From: a virus
IMG/VR virus record: IMGVR_UViG_3300046674_000414
Location: 1 to 58,354 of that record
Length of the DNA: 58,354 nt
Direction: 5' to 3' (one strand)
Of the stretch, positions 1 through 9,934 are shown piece after piece. The notes under the pieces were generated by a model. The model did no database searches. It was not told the origin of the DNA and saw only the letters and a program-made list of their open reading frames with translations. Position 1 is the first letter of the stretch; every line of letters starts with the position of its first letter. A program made the position numbers and the translations under genes.

Positions 1-25
1 ACCCCCGCGCGCGCGTGCACGAGAC
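1..25. repeat. Left copy of 25-nt terminal direct repeat
   Basis: ACCCCCGCGCGCGCGTGCACGAGAC is identical to 58330-58354. Contains a (CG)5 tract and the palindrome CGTGCACG. Confidence 0.95.
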
Positions 26-110
26 CGCGGGGGAGGCATTTCTGAGGTGGCGCTGATCAAGATCTTTGCGCGGAACGGGCTAATCGGACATTAGGGTCGG
101 GGGTGGTCGT

Positions 111-617
111 ATGGCCGCGCCCGGCCGCAAGCCGAAGCCTCACCTTCAGGCCGTCCGCGAGGGCAACACTGGCCGCCGGCCGCTTCGCGAGGGCGTCAAG
201 GTCCCGCCGTCCGAGCTGCGCGAGCCGAACTGGCAGGAGCCGTTCCCCACTGTCCCCGACGAGGAGCAGCGGGAGGTCAACACCCGCTGCCGGGAAGTCG
301 CCCGCCGGGAGTGGCGGCGCATCGTCCCGGTGCTGAAGTTCACGGCGGGGCTCGCCGAGGTCGACACGCAGACGGTCATGGACTACTGCATCTGCGTGGC
401 CCGCATTGACCAGTGCGAACGCGTGATCTCGATGCACGGCCTGCTGATGCGGGGCGAGCGGGGCTGGCAGAAGAACGGGGCGACCACGGTCGTCGGCCAG
501 TACCGGCAGCAGCTCGCCCGGTACATCGGGGAGTTGGGGTTGTCGCCGTCCGCGCGGGGCCGGTTGACGCCGCCGGAGGGTGGCGACGATGGCGACGACG
601 ACGATCCCTTCGACTGA
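111..617 (+). CDS. Terminase small subunit (P27-family-like)
   Basis: 168 aa. N-terminal GRKPKP...EGNTGRRP and central ..W..IVP.L......D...V..YC pattern typical of P27-type TerS. Directly upstream of TerL, with HNH across the genome end. Confidence 0.8.
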   Translation: MAAPGRKPKPHLQAVREGNTGRRPLREGVKVPPSELREPNWQEPFPTVPDEEQREVNTRCREVARREWRRIVPVLKFTAGLAEVDTQTVMDYCICVARIDQCERVISMHGLLMRGERGWQKNGATTVVGQYRQQLARYIGELGLSPSARGRLTPPEGGDDGDDDDPFD

Positions 618-2328
618 GCAGCTCTCCCTAGAGGACTGCTCGGAGGGCTTGCCGGTACCGCGGGCGGCACTGTACGAGCTGGGCATGGACGACGAGGAGA
701 TCGCGGATGCGGTCCTGTCGCGACCGCTGGTGTGCGCGTTCCAGATGCCGGAGCAGGATGGCGCCTGGTTCGATGTGGAGGCGGCCCGGCGGGCGTTGAG
801 GGCGATCGAGTCGTTCAAGCACACCAAGGGCCGCTGGGGCGGGACGTTCCTGCGGCTGGCGCCGTGGCAGAAGCTGTGGGTGATCCTGCCGGTTTTCGGC
901 TGGCTGTGGCATGACCCGGAGCTGGAGCGGGCCGTGCGCGTGGTCCGCGCGGTGTGGATCGAGGTCCCGCGGAAGAACGGCAAGAGCACCCTCTCCTCGG
1001 GGATCGGGTTGGCGCTGCTGCTGGCGGACCGGGAGATCGGTGCCGAGGTGTACGCGGCGGCCGGCTCGTTGGAGCAGGCGAGGCGCGTGTTTGACGACGC
1101 GAAGCGCATGGCGCAGACGTCCAAGGCAGTGAAGGGCCGGGCCGAGGTCCTGACCAGCGTGATTCGGGTGCCGCGTACGGGCGGAATCTTCCGAGCGCTA
1201 AGCCGGATTGCGGAGACGGCGCACGGCCTGAACGTGTCCGGCGCGGTGATCGACGAGGTTCACGTCCATAAGAGCCGGGATCTTATCGATGCGATTGAGA
1301 CGGGTACGGGTGCGCGGGATCAGCCGTTGATCGTTTTCATTACGACGGCGGACGATGCGCAAGAGGGCTCGATCTACGACGAGAAGCACGCGTACACCCG
1401 CAAGGTCGCCGAGAACGTCGTGCAGGACCCCGCCCACTACGGGGTGATCTGGGCTGCGGCTGAGACCGACGACCCTTTCGACGAGGCGACCTGGCGACGC
1501 GCGAACCCCGGACTGGGGACATCGCCGACGCTGGCGTATCTGCGGCGCGAGGCGAACAAGGCGCAGTCCACGCCGAATTACTTTCCGACGTTCCTGCGGC
1601 TGTCGCTGAACATCAGAGAGAAGGCATCGACCCGCTGGATCGATGTCCGTTCCTGGGACCGCGTGGCGGGCATGGTCGACGAGGGCGCCCTGAAGGGCCG
1701 CCGGGCATGGGGTGGGCTCGACCTGTCGGCGGTGTCCGACCTGAGCGCGTGGGTTCTGGCTGTGGAGTCGAAGCAGCCGAATGTTGAGGTTGAGTTGGTG
1801 TCCCGGTTCTGGCTGCCGTCGGAGCGGCTGGAGGATCTGCAACGCCAGTTGCAGGTGCCGTTGGCGCAGTGGGCCCGCGAGGGCTTCCTGAAGCTGACCG
1901 AGGGCGACGCGATCGACTACGACACGATTGAGAAGCAGGTCCTCGCGGACTGCAAGCACCTCGATGTGCAGTGGATCGGCTACGACCGCATGTTCGCCGG
2001 CCAGCTCGTACAGAACGTCGACCGCGACACCAAGAGGGGCGTCAAGGTCACGCCGATCGCGCAGACCTTCCTCGGGCTCGGCCCGGCTTCGAAGGAGTTG
2101 GACCGGTTGCTGCTGGAACGGAGATTCCTGCACGGCGGGCATCCGGTCCTGCGCTGGATGTCCGGGTGTGTGGAGACGATCGCGGACGGCAACGACAACT
2201 ATCGGCCGATGAAGCCGGACAGGAAGAAGTCGCAGGCGCGGATCGACGGGATTGCGGCGACGGTGATGGGCCTGGACGGATACCTGCGGCGGCCGAAGGC
2301 GAAGAGCCGGGTGGCGGTCGGATTCTGA
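580..2328 (+). CDS. Terminase large subunit
   Basis: 582 aa. Walker A-like VPRKNGKST. Size and position after TerS fit. Start uncertain (ATG 580, 589 or 685). Confidence 0.9.
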   Translation: MATMATTTIPSTEQLSLEDCSEGLPVPRAALYELGMDDEEIADAVLSRPLVCAFQMPEQDGAWFDVEAARRALRAIESFKHTKGRWGGTFLRLAPWQKLWVILPVFGWLWHDPELERAVRVVRAVWIEVPRKNGKSTLSSGIGLALLLADREIGAEVYAAAGSLEQARRVFDDAKRMAQTSKAVKGRAEVLTSVIRVPRTGGIFRALSRIAETAHGLNVSGAVIDEVHVHKSRDLIDAIETGTGARDQPLIVFITTADDAQEGSIYDEKHAYTRKVAENVVQDPAHYGVIWAAAETDDPFDEATWRRANPGLGTSPTLAYLRREANKAQSTPNYFPTFLRLSLNIREKASTRWIDVRSWDRVAGMVDEGALKGRRAWGGLDLSAVSDLSAWVLAVESKQPNVEVELVSRFWLPSERLEDLQRQLQVPLAQWAREGFLKLTEGDAIDYDTIEKQVLADCKHLDVQWIGYDRMFAGQLVQNVDRDTKRGVKVTPIAQTFLGLGPASKELDRLLLERRFLHGGHPVLRWMSGCVETIADGNDNYRPMKPDRKKSQARIDGIAATVMGLDGYLRRPKAKSRVAVGF

Positions 2329-2335
2329 CGAGGGG

Positions 2336-3754
2336 GTGCTCGTGGCCTCCTTGCAGAAGCTTCAGCCGGGCGAGCCGTTGTGGTGGGTGGAGCGGATGTG
2401 GAAGGAGCTGGCGGAGCGCCGGCGCTACGCCGACCTCATGCGCCAGTACTACTCGGGTAACCACCCGCTGCCGATGATTCCGGAGAAGGCGCGGTCGGGC
2501 TTCCAGCGGCTCCTGAAGCAGTCCCGGTCGAACTATGTGGGCCTGGTCGTGGACGCCACGGCTGAGCGCCTCCAGATCGACGGGTTCCGCCTCGGTCAGA
2601 CGAAGGTCGGCGACCCGGAGCTGTGGCGCATCTGGCAGGCGAACAGCATGGATGCCGATTCTGATCTTCAGCTCACGGAGGCTGTGAAGGTCGGCAGGTC
2701 GTTTGCGCTGGTGGCGCCGAACCCGGACGACGACGCGACTCCGCTGATCACGGCGGAGGATGCGACTCAGGCCATCGTGGCCTACGAGTCGGGCAGCCGC
2801 CGTAAGCGCCGGGCCGGGCTGAAGACGTTTGTCGACGACTGGACTGGAGATATCTGGACGACGCTGTTCGTCGACGGAATGATCTTCAAGTATCGGGCGC
2901 CGGAGCCGCGGGTCGGCACTACGGGGTCGCCGAGGTGGGTGCGGCGTGAAGTCCAGGGCGAGGACTGGCCGGCGCGGAATCCGCTTGAGGCGGTACCGCT
3001 GGTGGAGATTCCGAACCGGCCGGACCTGCTGGGTGAGGCCCACTCGGAGATCGAGGACGTTCTCAACGATCAGGACCGGATCAACAAGACGCTGATCGAC
3101 CGCATGATGGCGCAGGAGTTCTCGGCGTTCCGGCAGCGGTGGATGACCGGCTACGAGGTTCCGGTCGATGACAACGGGCAGCCGATCGAGCCGTTCAAGG
3201 CGGCGGTGGACCGGCTGTGGGTGATCGAGGACGAGAACGTCAAGATCGGCGAGTTCCAGGCGACTGACCTGCGGCCGTACCTGGATTCGGTCGAGTCGGA
3301 TGTCCAGCACATGGCCGCGCGTACGCGGACGCCCGCACAGTACCTGCTGGGCAAGTTGTCCAACGTCAACGGCGAGACGTTGAAGGCGACCGAGTCCGGC
3401 CTGGTGGCGAAGGTGCGGCAGCGGCAGCGTTCCCTCGGTGAGGGGGAGGAAGAAGTGGCGCGGCTGGCGCTGCGGGCCACCGGGGACGATCGGGACCTTT
3501 CGGCGCTCGAGGTGATCTGGCACAACCCGGAGTTCCGTACCGAGGGTGAACTCGTCGATGCGCTGGTGAAGATGTCGACGCTCGGGGTGCCGCGGGAAGC
3601 GCTGTGGGAACGCTGGGGCGCTTCACAGACGGAGATCGCCCAATGGCGCGAACAGGCCGACCAGCAGGCCGCCAGGATTCTCGGCGGGGACCCGGCAAGC
3701 CTCTTCGGGCCGAAGCCGGACGTGACAGGGATCGGCGATGTCGACGCCGACTGA
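2336..3754 (+). CDS. Portal protein
   Basis: 472 aa ORF immediately after TerL. Alternative GTG start at 2342, 5 nt after GAGGGGG. Confidence 0.85.
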   Translation: MLVASLQKLQPGEPLWWVERMWKELAERRRYADLMRQYYSGNHPLPMIPEKARSGFQRLLKQSRSNYVGLVVDATAERLQIDGFRLGQTKVGDPELWRIWQANSMDADSDLQLTEAVKVGRSFALVAPNPDDDATPLITAEDATQAIVAYESGSRRKRRAGLKTFVDDWTGDIWTTLFVDGMIFKYRAPEPRVGTTGSPRWVRREVQGEDWPARNPLEAVPLVEIPNRPDLLGEAHSEIEDVLNDQDRINKTLIDRMMAQEFSAFRQRWMTGYEVPVDDNGQPIEPFKAAVDRLWVIEDENVKIGEFQATDLRPYLDSVESDVQHMAARTRTPAQYLLGKLSNVNGETLKATESGLVAKVRQRQRSLGEGEEEVARLALRATGDDRDLSALEVIWHNPEFRTEGELVDALVKMSTLGVPREALWERWGASQTEIAQWREQADQQAARILGGDPASLFGPKPDVTGIGDVDAD

Positions 3755-4709
3755 CCTCGGGCGCACCCGCTACGAGCAGGTCACGTCCACGATCCGGGCG
3801 ATCATCGACCGGATTCAGCGGATCTGGGGCGGACTGTCGGCGGCGTCCATCGAGGACGACCTGACCGGAGAGGCCGGCGCGGTCATCGTGTCCGCTGTCG
3901 CCGAGGGCCAGCTCGGCGTGGCGGATGCCGCGCAGGCGTACATTGCCGCGCAGATGGTGGCGCAGGGCGGCTCCGCGTTCGCGGAGGCGGCGCTGGTTTC
4001 GGCGGCGTTCGCGGGGGTCGCCCCGGACGGAGGCCCGCTGGAGACGCTGCTGTTCCTGCCCGCGATCGGTGTACGGCGCCGCCTGGCGGTCGGTATGTCG
4101 CCGGAGGAGGCGATGGCGGGCGGCCTGGCCGACATGGCCATGTATGCCTCGACGGCGATCGCCGATGCGGGCCGCTCGTCGGACCAGGTGGCGATGGCCG
4201 CGCATCCGAACTGCGTGGCCTACGTGCGGGTGGTGCAACTGCCTGCGTGCGCCCGCTGCATCGTCCTCTCGGGGCAGATGTACACGCGGTCGGAGGGGTT
4301 CCTGCGGCATCCGAACTGCGACTGTCAGACGCTGCCGTTGCGGGAGCACGAGTGGCCCGACGTGCCGACTCCGCAGCAGATGTTCGAGCAGCTGTCGGCG
4401 CGCGAGCAGCGGCGGACGTTCACGGTTGCGGGCGCGCAGGCGATCAGGTCGGGCGCGGACGTCGGGCAGATCGTCAACGCCCGCCGCGGGATGTCTCAGC
4501 CCGGGGCCCCGACCACCACTGAGGGCATCACCCGGCGCGGCGTGTACGGGCGGCGTGTTCGGCGCGCTGGCGGCGAGTTCGTCCGCTATCCGGGCCAGCG
4601 GTACAGCCAGGCGGTCGGGCCGCGCCTGACCCCGGAGGCGATCTTCGCGCAGGCGCCTGGGCGGCGGGGGCAGCTCAAGCTGTTGCGCCGGTATGGCTAC
4701 ATCGTCTAG
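3738..4709 (+). CDS. MuF-like / SPP1 gp7-family head morphogenesis protein
   Basis: 323 aa. CARCIVLSG...HPNCDC motif, as in gp7-family HPNCRC. Overlaps the portal stop. Confidence 0.75.
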   Translation: MSTPTDLGRTRYEQVTSTIRAIIDRIQRIWGGLSAASIEDDLTGEAGAVIVSAVAEGQLGVADAAQAYIAAQMVAQGGSAFAEAALVSAAFAGVAPDGGPLETLLFLPAIGVRRRLAVGMSPEEAMAGGLADMAMYASTAIADAGRSSDQVAMAAHPNCVAYVRVVQLPACARCIVLSGQMYTRSEGFLRHPNCDCQTLPLREHEWPDVPTPQQMFEQLSAREQRRTFTVAGAQAIRSGADVGQIVNARRGMSQPGAPTTTEGITRRGVYGRRVRRAGGEFVRYPGQRYSQAVGPRLTPEAIFAQAPGRRGQLKLLRRYGYIV

Positions 4710-4762
4710 CCGATCAAGTGTCCCTGCCGCGAGGGCGGGGTGATGGGAAGGAGTCGGCCGCG

Positions 4763-5281
4763 ATGGCTGACGACAGCACGGGCACGACCGACGTCACCGA
4801 CGGCACGGGGTCCGCGACGGACACCGGGCACGACGACGTCGCCGCAGGGCTCGGCGAGGCCGGACAGAAGGCGCTCGCCGCCGAGCGGAAGCGGGCGGCC
4901 ACTGCGGAGCGGGCGGCGAAGGCCCAGCAGAAGCAGGTCGACGACCTCACCGCACAGCTCCGGCAGTACGAGGACGCGAAGAAGACCGACCTCGACAAGC
5001 TGACCGACCGGGCGACCGCCGCGGAGACGACGGCCGCGAGCGCGACGGCGAAGCTGCTGCGCTACGAGATCGCCGCGAGGAAGAAGCTCCCCGCCGAGTG
5101 GGCGGCCCGCCTCCAGGGCGCCACCGCCGAGGAGCTGGAGGCGGACGCGGACCAGTTGCTGGAGGCGCTCGGCACCCAGCAGCAGCGGAGCGCCCCGAAC
5201 TACGACGGCGGTGTGCGTAAGTCGGCTGCCGCCCCGACCGACATGAACGCCCTGATCCGCCGCCAGGCGGGGCTGGGCTGA
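4763..5281 (+). CDS. Scaffolding protein
   Basis: 172 aa, Ala/Glu/Lys-rich coiled-coil. Lies between the MuF-like and capsid genes. RBS GGAAGGAG upstream of ATG 4763 (maximal ORF starts at 4718). Confidence 0.7.
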   Translation: MADDSTGTTDVTDGTGSATDTGHDDVAAGLGEAGQKALAAERKRAATAERAAKAQQKQVDDLTAQLRQYEDAKKTDLDKLTDRATAAETTAASATAKLLRYEIAARKKLPAEWAARLQGATAEELEADADQLLEALGTQQQRSAPNYDGGVRKSAAAPTDMNALIRRQAGLG

Positions 5282-5339
5282 CCCACTTCCCGGCGCGGCT
5301 CGTCCCGGCCGGATCTATCCGAAACGGAGGCACTGAGCC

Positions 5340-6284
5340 GTGCCGTACAACAACATCGTGTCGCGCACCGACGCGGCAGCCCTCATCCCCGAGGAAGTCT
5401 CGAACGAGATGCTCGGGAAGGCGATCGAGCAGTCCGCGACGCTGAGCCTGTTCCGTCGGGTCCCGGTGGGGCGAGGACAGGTCCGCTTCCCGGTCCTGTC
5501 CGCCCTGCCCACCGCCTACTTCGTCACGGGTGACACCGGGCTGAAGCAGACGACCGAGGTCAACTGGACGAACAAGTTCCTCAACATCGAGGAGATCGCG
5601 GCGATCATGCCGGTCCCGGACAATGTCCTGGCCGACGTCGACGCCAACGTCTGGGACGAGGCGTCCCCCCTGATCACCGAGGCGTTCGGGCGCTGCCTCG
5701 ACGCGGCCGTGTTCTTCGGCACCAACGCCCCCGCCAGTTGGCCGACCAACATCGCCGCCGCGGCGACCGCTGCCGGTAACGCGGTGACCGCAAACTCGGC
5801 AGCGGCGGCGGGCGCCTTCTTCGGCGACATCGACAACGGCTACGAGAAGGTCGAGGCCGACGGCTTCGAGGTGACCGGCTTCGTCGGCGCGACATCGGTG
5901 AAGTCGAAGCTGCGCAGGTCGCGTGACTCGCAGGGCAAGAAGCTTGACGAGTCCCGCGTCAACGGCGCCCTGACGCTGGTCGACGGCTACCCGATCATCT
6001 ACCCGATGCGCGGCCTGTTCCCGACTGCCAGCGGTTCGCCGCAGCTGTTCATGGGCGACTGGTCCCAGTACGTCGTCGGGGTGCGGTCGGACATTTCGAT
6101 GAAGATCCTCGACCAGGCCGTCATCCAGGACAACACGGGCGCGATCATCTACAACCTGGCCCAGCAGGACATGACCGCGATCCGGCTGACGTTCCGGGTG
6201 GGCTGGCAGGTCGCGAACACCATCAACAACGACCAGCCGACCGAGGCCAGCCGCTACCCGGTGGCCCGCCTCGACCTGCCGTAA
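5340..6284 (+). CDS. Major capsid protein (HK97 fold family)
   Basis: 314 aa. Region LPTAYFVTGDTGLKQTTEVNWTNKFLNIEEIAAIMPVPDNVLADVD is typical of HK97-type capsids. GTG start after ACGGAGG. Confidence 0.9.
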   Translation: MPYNNIVSRTDAAALIPEEVSNEMLGKAIEQSATLSLFRRVPVGRGQVRFPVLSALPTAYFVTGDTGLKQTTEVNWTNKFLNIEEIAAIMPVPDNVLADVDANVWDEASPLITEAFGRCLDAAVFFGTNAPASWPTNIAAAATAAGNAVTANSAAAAGAFFGDIDNGYEKVEADGFEVTGFVGATSVKSKLRRSRDSQGKKLDESRVNGALTLVDGYPIIYPMRGLFPTASGSPQLFMGDWSQYVVGVRSDISMKILDQAVIQDNTGAIIYNLAQQDMTAIRLTFRVGWQVANTINNDQPTEASRYPVARLDLP

Positions 6285-6297
6285 GGAGGGGTGATTC

Positions 6298-6678
6298 ATG
6301 GTTGCAGGGCGCACGAACGAACCGCGCACGATCGCTGTCACCACGAACTCCACCACCGCCCTCACCGCGGCGGCGGGCACCTTCCAGGAGGAGGACGCCG
6401 GCCGGACCATCACCGGCACCGGCATCCAGGCGGGATCGACGATCGCGTCGGTCACGTCGGACACGGCCGCCACGCTGTCGGCCGCGGCCACCGCGTCGGG
6501 GTCGCCGTCGGTGACGCTCGGGCGGGCCTTGCCGCAGGCGTACGGGTTCACCGGCTGGTCGCCAGAGACCGACGCGGAGTCCGAGACGTACACCGTGGCC
6601 GCAGTGAACGCCGGTACGGCCACGCCGGACCGGATCACGAACACGTTCACGCGGGCAGAGCAGAGGGCGAGGGGCTGA
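6298..6678 (+). CDS. Hypothetical head-associated protein (Thr/Ala-rich)
   Basis: 126 aa. Strong RBS AAGGAGGGG. Directly follows the capsid gene. Confidence 0.6.
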   Translation: MVAGRTNEPRTIAVTTNSTTALTAAAGTFQEEDAGRTITGTGIQAGSTIASVTSDTAATLSAAATASGSPSVTLGRALPQAYGFTGWSPETDAESETYTVAAVNAGTATPDRITNTFTRAEQRARG

Positions 6679-6679
6679 C

Positions 6680-6889
6680 ATGGCGACCGCACGCAAGACG
6701 GCGGCGAAGAAGCCCGAGCTGGTCGAGGGCGAACAGCCCGACGAAGTGCCGGCGTTTGTCGACGAGGTGCACGAGCGGGGCGGCTGGGCGGTCGGCTACG
6801 TGGGCGACCGCGTCGACGACGCGGATGACGACACGTACACCGTCACCGGAGTCCTGAAGGCGGCGCAGGTCGATACGGGCGACGAATAG
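6680..6889 (+). CDS. Hypothetical protein
   Basis: 69 aa acidic ORF, tightly packed between structural genes. Confidence 0.55.
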   Translation: MATARKTAAKKPELVEGEQPDEVPAFVDEVHERGGWAVGYVGDRVDDADDDTYTVTGVLKAAQVDTGDE

Positions 6890-7515
6890 TGGGGGAGGTT
6901 GCCGTGGCTGTGCTTCCTTCGCTGGTGACGGTGACCGACCTCGCCGCGCTGCTCGGCCGCACGTTCACGCCGGAGCAGGAGTTGCAGGCGCAGGCTCTGC
7001 TGGATCAGGCGTCCAGCATCGTCCGCGCCTACGTCCGCCAGGACATCACCCGGGCCACCACGACCGACACGTTCATGATGCGGCGCGTCGATCCCCTGCG
7101 GTACGGGTGCGCGGGCGCGGTAACGCTGCCGCAGCGCCCCGTCGAGGAGGTCGCTGCGGTCGCGGTCGACGGCGTGGCGACGCTGGACTGGTGGCAGGAC
7201 GGCGCCGATCTGCTGATGCGGTCCTGGGCGTGGAACCGGCCTCCTGCGGCGCACCGTCCGCCGCAGGTCACGGTCACCTACACGCATGGGTGGGACCCGG
7301 TCCCCGGGGACATCCAGGCGATCGTGATGCAGGCCGCGAACCGGGTGATCGTCAACCCGTCCGGGGTCCGCTCGGAGACGGTGGGCGGCGAGTCCGTCAC
7401 CTACCTGATCCCGGCGGCCGGCGAGTACCTGGGCGTGCTGCTGTCCCGCACGGAGCAGCGGGTCCTGGACCGGTACCGGCGGACGGCCGGGTCGGTGCGG
7501 CTCGGGGGCGGCTGA
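6889..7515 (+). CDS. Head-to-tail adaptor (gp6-like connector)
   Basis: 208 aa. N-terminal LPSLVTVTDLAALLGRTFTPEQ..QA..LL..AS pattern. Likely real start is GTG 6904, after GGGGGAGG. Confidence 0.7.
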   Translation: MGEVAVAVLPSLVTVTDLAALLGRTFTPEQELQAQALLDQASSIVRAYVRQDITRATTTDTFMMRRVDPLRYGCAGAVTLPQRPVEEVAAVAVDGVATLDWWQDGADLLMRSWAWNRPPAAHRPPQVTVTYTHGWDPVPGDIQAIVMQAANRVIVNPSGVRSETVGGESVTYLIPAAGEYLGVLLSRTEQRVLDRYRRTAGSVRLGGG

Positions 7516-7853
7516 TGTTCTACCTCCAGGACATCGTGATCGTCAGGGCAGGAACGGCCGTGGACGACTACGGCAACGAAAAGCCGGACTGGGGTGCCGC
7601 CGCGGCCCGTACGCAGGTGTCCGGGGTGAACGTCCAGCCCAATGGCGGTTCCGTTGAGGACACCGACGACAAGCAGGTCACAGTGACGGGCTGGCGGCTG
7701 TACACGCCCCGCGGAATGGACCTCGACCTGCGGGAGACCGACCGGGTCGAAGCGTGGAGTACGACGATGCAGGTCACCGGGAAGGTTGCCCGCTGGCCCG
7801 CCCCTGGCGGCGGCGTGCACCACATCGAGGCGGACCTGCGGGAGGTGGCCTGA
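7515..7853 (+). CDS. Head closure / head-tail joining protein
   Basis: 112 aa (MFYLQDIVIVRAG...). ATGA overlap with the upstream stop. Position in the neck module. Confidence 0.65.
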   Translation: MFYLQDIVIVRAGTAVDDYGNEKPDWGAAAARTQVSGVNVQPNGGSVEDTDDKQVTVTGWRLYTPRGMDLDLRETDRVEAWSTTMQVTGKVARWPAPGGGVHHIEADLREVA

Positions 7854-8263
7854 TGGTCAGCGGATCGTTCCGGTACGTGCCGAACCCGAACTTGTTCCGG
7901 GAGTTGGCGCGCTCGCCTGCTGTGCGGGACATGCTGATGCGTCCGGCGGAACGCGGTGCGGCCGTTGCTCAGGCGATCGCCCCGAAGTACACCGGGCCGA
8001 CCTACAGTCCGGCGGTTCAGCGGCACGGCGAGTATGCGGCCAGTGTGTATTCGGCGGCGACTCTCCGGCCGAACGGCTGGCGGGCCGAGTTCGGGGCGAC
8101 CGCCCCGTGGACGCTCCAAGTGGAATTCGGCTCGGGCCGCATCGAGGCGCGCAGGCGTGACAGCCGGGGGCGTTTCCGGTCCGTCCGAGGACGCCCGCAG
8201 GGCGGCCACTCACCGAAGACGCGCACGCTCGGGCGTGCCCTGGACACCCTGAGGAGCACATGA
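7853..8263 (+). CDS. Neck / tail completion protein (HK97 gp10-like)
   Basis: 136 aa. ATGA overlap. Call rests on position and size. Confidence 0.55.
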   Translation: MVSGSFRYVPNPNLFRELARSPAVRDMLMRPAERGAAVAQAIAPKYTGPTYSPAVQRHGEYAASVYSAATLRPNGWRAEFGATAPWTLQVEFGSGRIEARRRDSRGRFRSVRGRPQGGHSPKTRTLGRALDTLRST

Positions 8264-8466
8264 TGCGCATCAAGCTGGCTGCCTGGTACGGCGACAAGGC
8301 CCCTGGTGACGTCATCGACGGCGACGAGGCGACCGTGAAGGCACTGCGCCGCGACGGCCTGGTCGCCGAGATCCTCGGGGCCGAAGAGTCCTCGGTTCCC
8401 GAGCCCGTCGACGACATTGCCGAGGCGGAGATCGTCGCGCCCGAGACGGGTCGCAGGAAGCGGTGA
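8260..8466 (+). CDS. Hypothetical protein
   Basis: 68 aa. ATGA overlap at the start. Lies in the neck module. Confidence 0.55.
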   Translation: MMRIKLAAWYGDKAPGDVIDGDEATVKALRRDGLVAEILGAEESSVPEPVDDIAEAEIVAPETGRRKR

Positions 8467-8882
8467 GCACCCCGCCCCTGTCGGCAATGCCCGACATCGA
8501 GCGGGTGGTCGTCGCCTACCTGCGGGATGTACTGCCACCCGGCACGTCCGTGGGCACGGAATGGCCTCCCGGACTGGAGTCCAAGATGGCCGCCGGGGTT
8601 GTGTCGGCGACCTTGGGGGGCGGAGGGTCGCGGCTGAGGGCCGTGACTGCTGACCGCACCATCGACATCGACGTCTTCGCCGCGACGAAGAAGGATGCGC
8701 GCGACCTTGCCGCAGCGGTGTCGGCCCGGCTGATCGCCGCGCAGGGCACGGTGCAGCCCGGCGCCCGCATCTACGGCGTCGAGGAGACGTCGCTGATCTG
8801 GCTGCCCTACCAGCCGTCCACCGAAACGGACACCATCCCGCGCTACGTCCTCGTGATGAGCATGGTCGTCCGCCCCGCGTAG
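8463..8882 (+). CDS. Tail terminator-like protein
   Basis: 139 aa. GTGA overlap. Last gene before the major tail protein. Confidence 0.55.
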   Translation: MSTPPLSAMPDIERVVVAYLRDVLPPGTSVGTEWPPGLESKMAAGVVSATLGGGGSRLRAVTADRTIDIDVFAATKKDARDLAAAVSARLIAAQGTVQPGARIYGVEETSLIWLPYQPSTETDTIPRYVLVMSMVVRPA

Positions 8883-8965
8883 CTCACCCAACCCGCACCC
8901 CTTTGATCACTTTCACCCGTCGGCTTTCTGCCGTGCGGGTCCTCGCTGTGCCTGGAGGCAACCCG

Positions 8966-9526
8966 ATGGCGAACGACGCCGACAACGTGCGAGTGGGCCT
9001 CAACGGCTCCGTATACATCGCCCCGAAGGGGACGACCGCTCCGACCGATCTGGACGCCGCTTGGGGGGCGGGGTGGGTGGATCTCGGCTACCTGTCGGAC
9101 GACGGGGTGGAGATGTCGTACAGCACGGAGACCGAGGACATCAACGCCTGGCAGTCCCTGAGCCCGGTGCGGAAGGTGCTGACCGGGGTCGACATGACGC
9201 TGGCGTTCACCGCGATCGAGTTGAAGACGTCCACAGTCACGCTGTATTTCCCGAGCGCGACGATGTCGGACGTCTCCGGCACCGTCCACAAGCTGAGCAT
9301 CCCGGCCGCGCCGGACCCCGACGAGCGCGCGTTCGGCCTGGAGTGGGTCGACGGCACGATCAAGAACCGGTTGGTCATCGCGCGCGGTGAAGTCACGGAC
9401 CGGGAGGCCATCACGCTGGCTCGCTCGGGTGCGGTCGGTCTTGGCATGACCGTGTCCGCGTACGCCGACAGCGCGCCGGAGATCGCGGTGTGGCTGTCCA
9501 ACGACCCGGCGTGGTCGGCGGCGTAA
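8966..9526 (+). CDS. Major tail protein
   Basis: 186 aa starting MANDADNVRVGLNGSVYIAPKGT. RBS GGAGGCA. Position upstream of the chaperones. Confidence 0.8.
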   Translation: MANDADNVRVGLNGSVYIAPKGTTAPTDLDAAWGAGWVDLGYLSDDGVEMSYSTETEDINAWQSLSPVRKVLTGVDMTLAFTAIELKTSTVTLYFPSATMSDVSGTVHKLSIPAAPDPDERAFGLEWVDGTIKNRLVIARGEVTDREAITLARSGAVGLGMTVSAYADSAPEIAVWLSNDPAWSAA

Positions 9527-9604
9527 CCCTCAACTCCCCGGCAGGTGTGCGATGCGGGTCGCGCCTGCCGGGGTCCTAACCCGCTACACCTGCAAGGAGA
9601 AGCA

Positions 9605-9934
9605 ATGCCCAGCAAGACCGTGGGGACCGAGGTCGTCGACCTCAACAGCCTCGCTCAGCAGCGACGGGACGCCCTGCCGCAGCCGACCACGTACAACCTC
9701 TTCGGTGTCGAGTTCACGCTCCCGCCGATCAAGGCGCTGCCGTTCGAACTTCAGGAGCGGGTCGGCGACCTCGACAACACCGTCGAGGTCCTCAAGGACC
9801 TCCTGGGCCGGGACAAGGTGCGCGAGATGTATGCGGCCGGATACACCTTCGGCGACCTGGAGTTGATCGCGGGCGAGTGGCAGAAGCGGTCGGGGGTCGA
9901 GCCGGGGGAATCTTCGGCCTCCGCCGATTCCTGA
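9605..9934 (+). CDS. Tail assembly chaperone (G-like, unshifted product)
   Basis: 109 aa. RBS AAGGAGAAG. Lies between the major tail and tape measure genes. Confidence 0.8.
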   Translation: MPSKTVGTEVVDLNSLAQQRRDALPQPTTYNLFGVEFTLPPIKALPFELQERVGDLDNTVEVLKDLLGRDKVREMYAAGYTFGDLELIAGEWQKRSGVEPGESSASADS

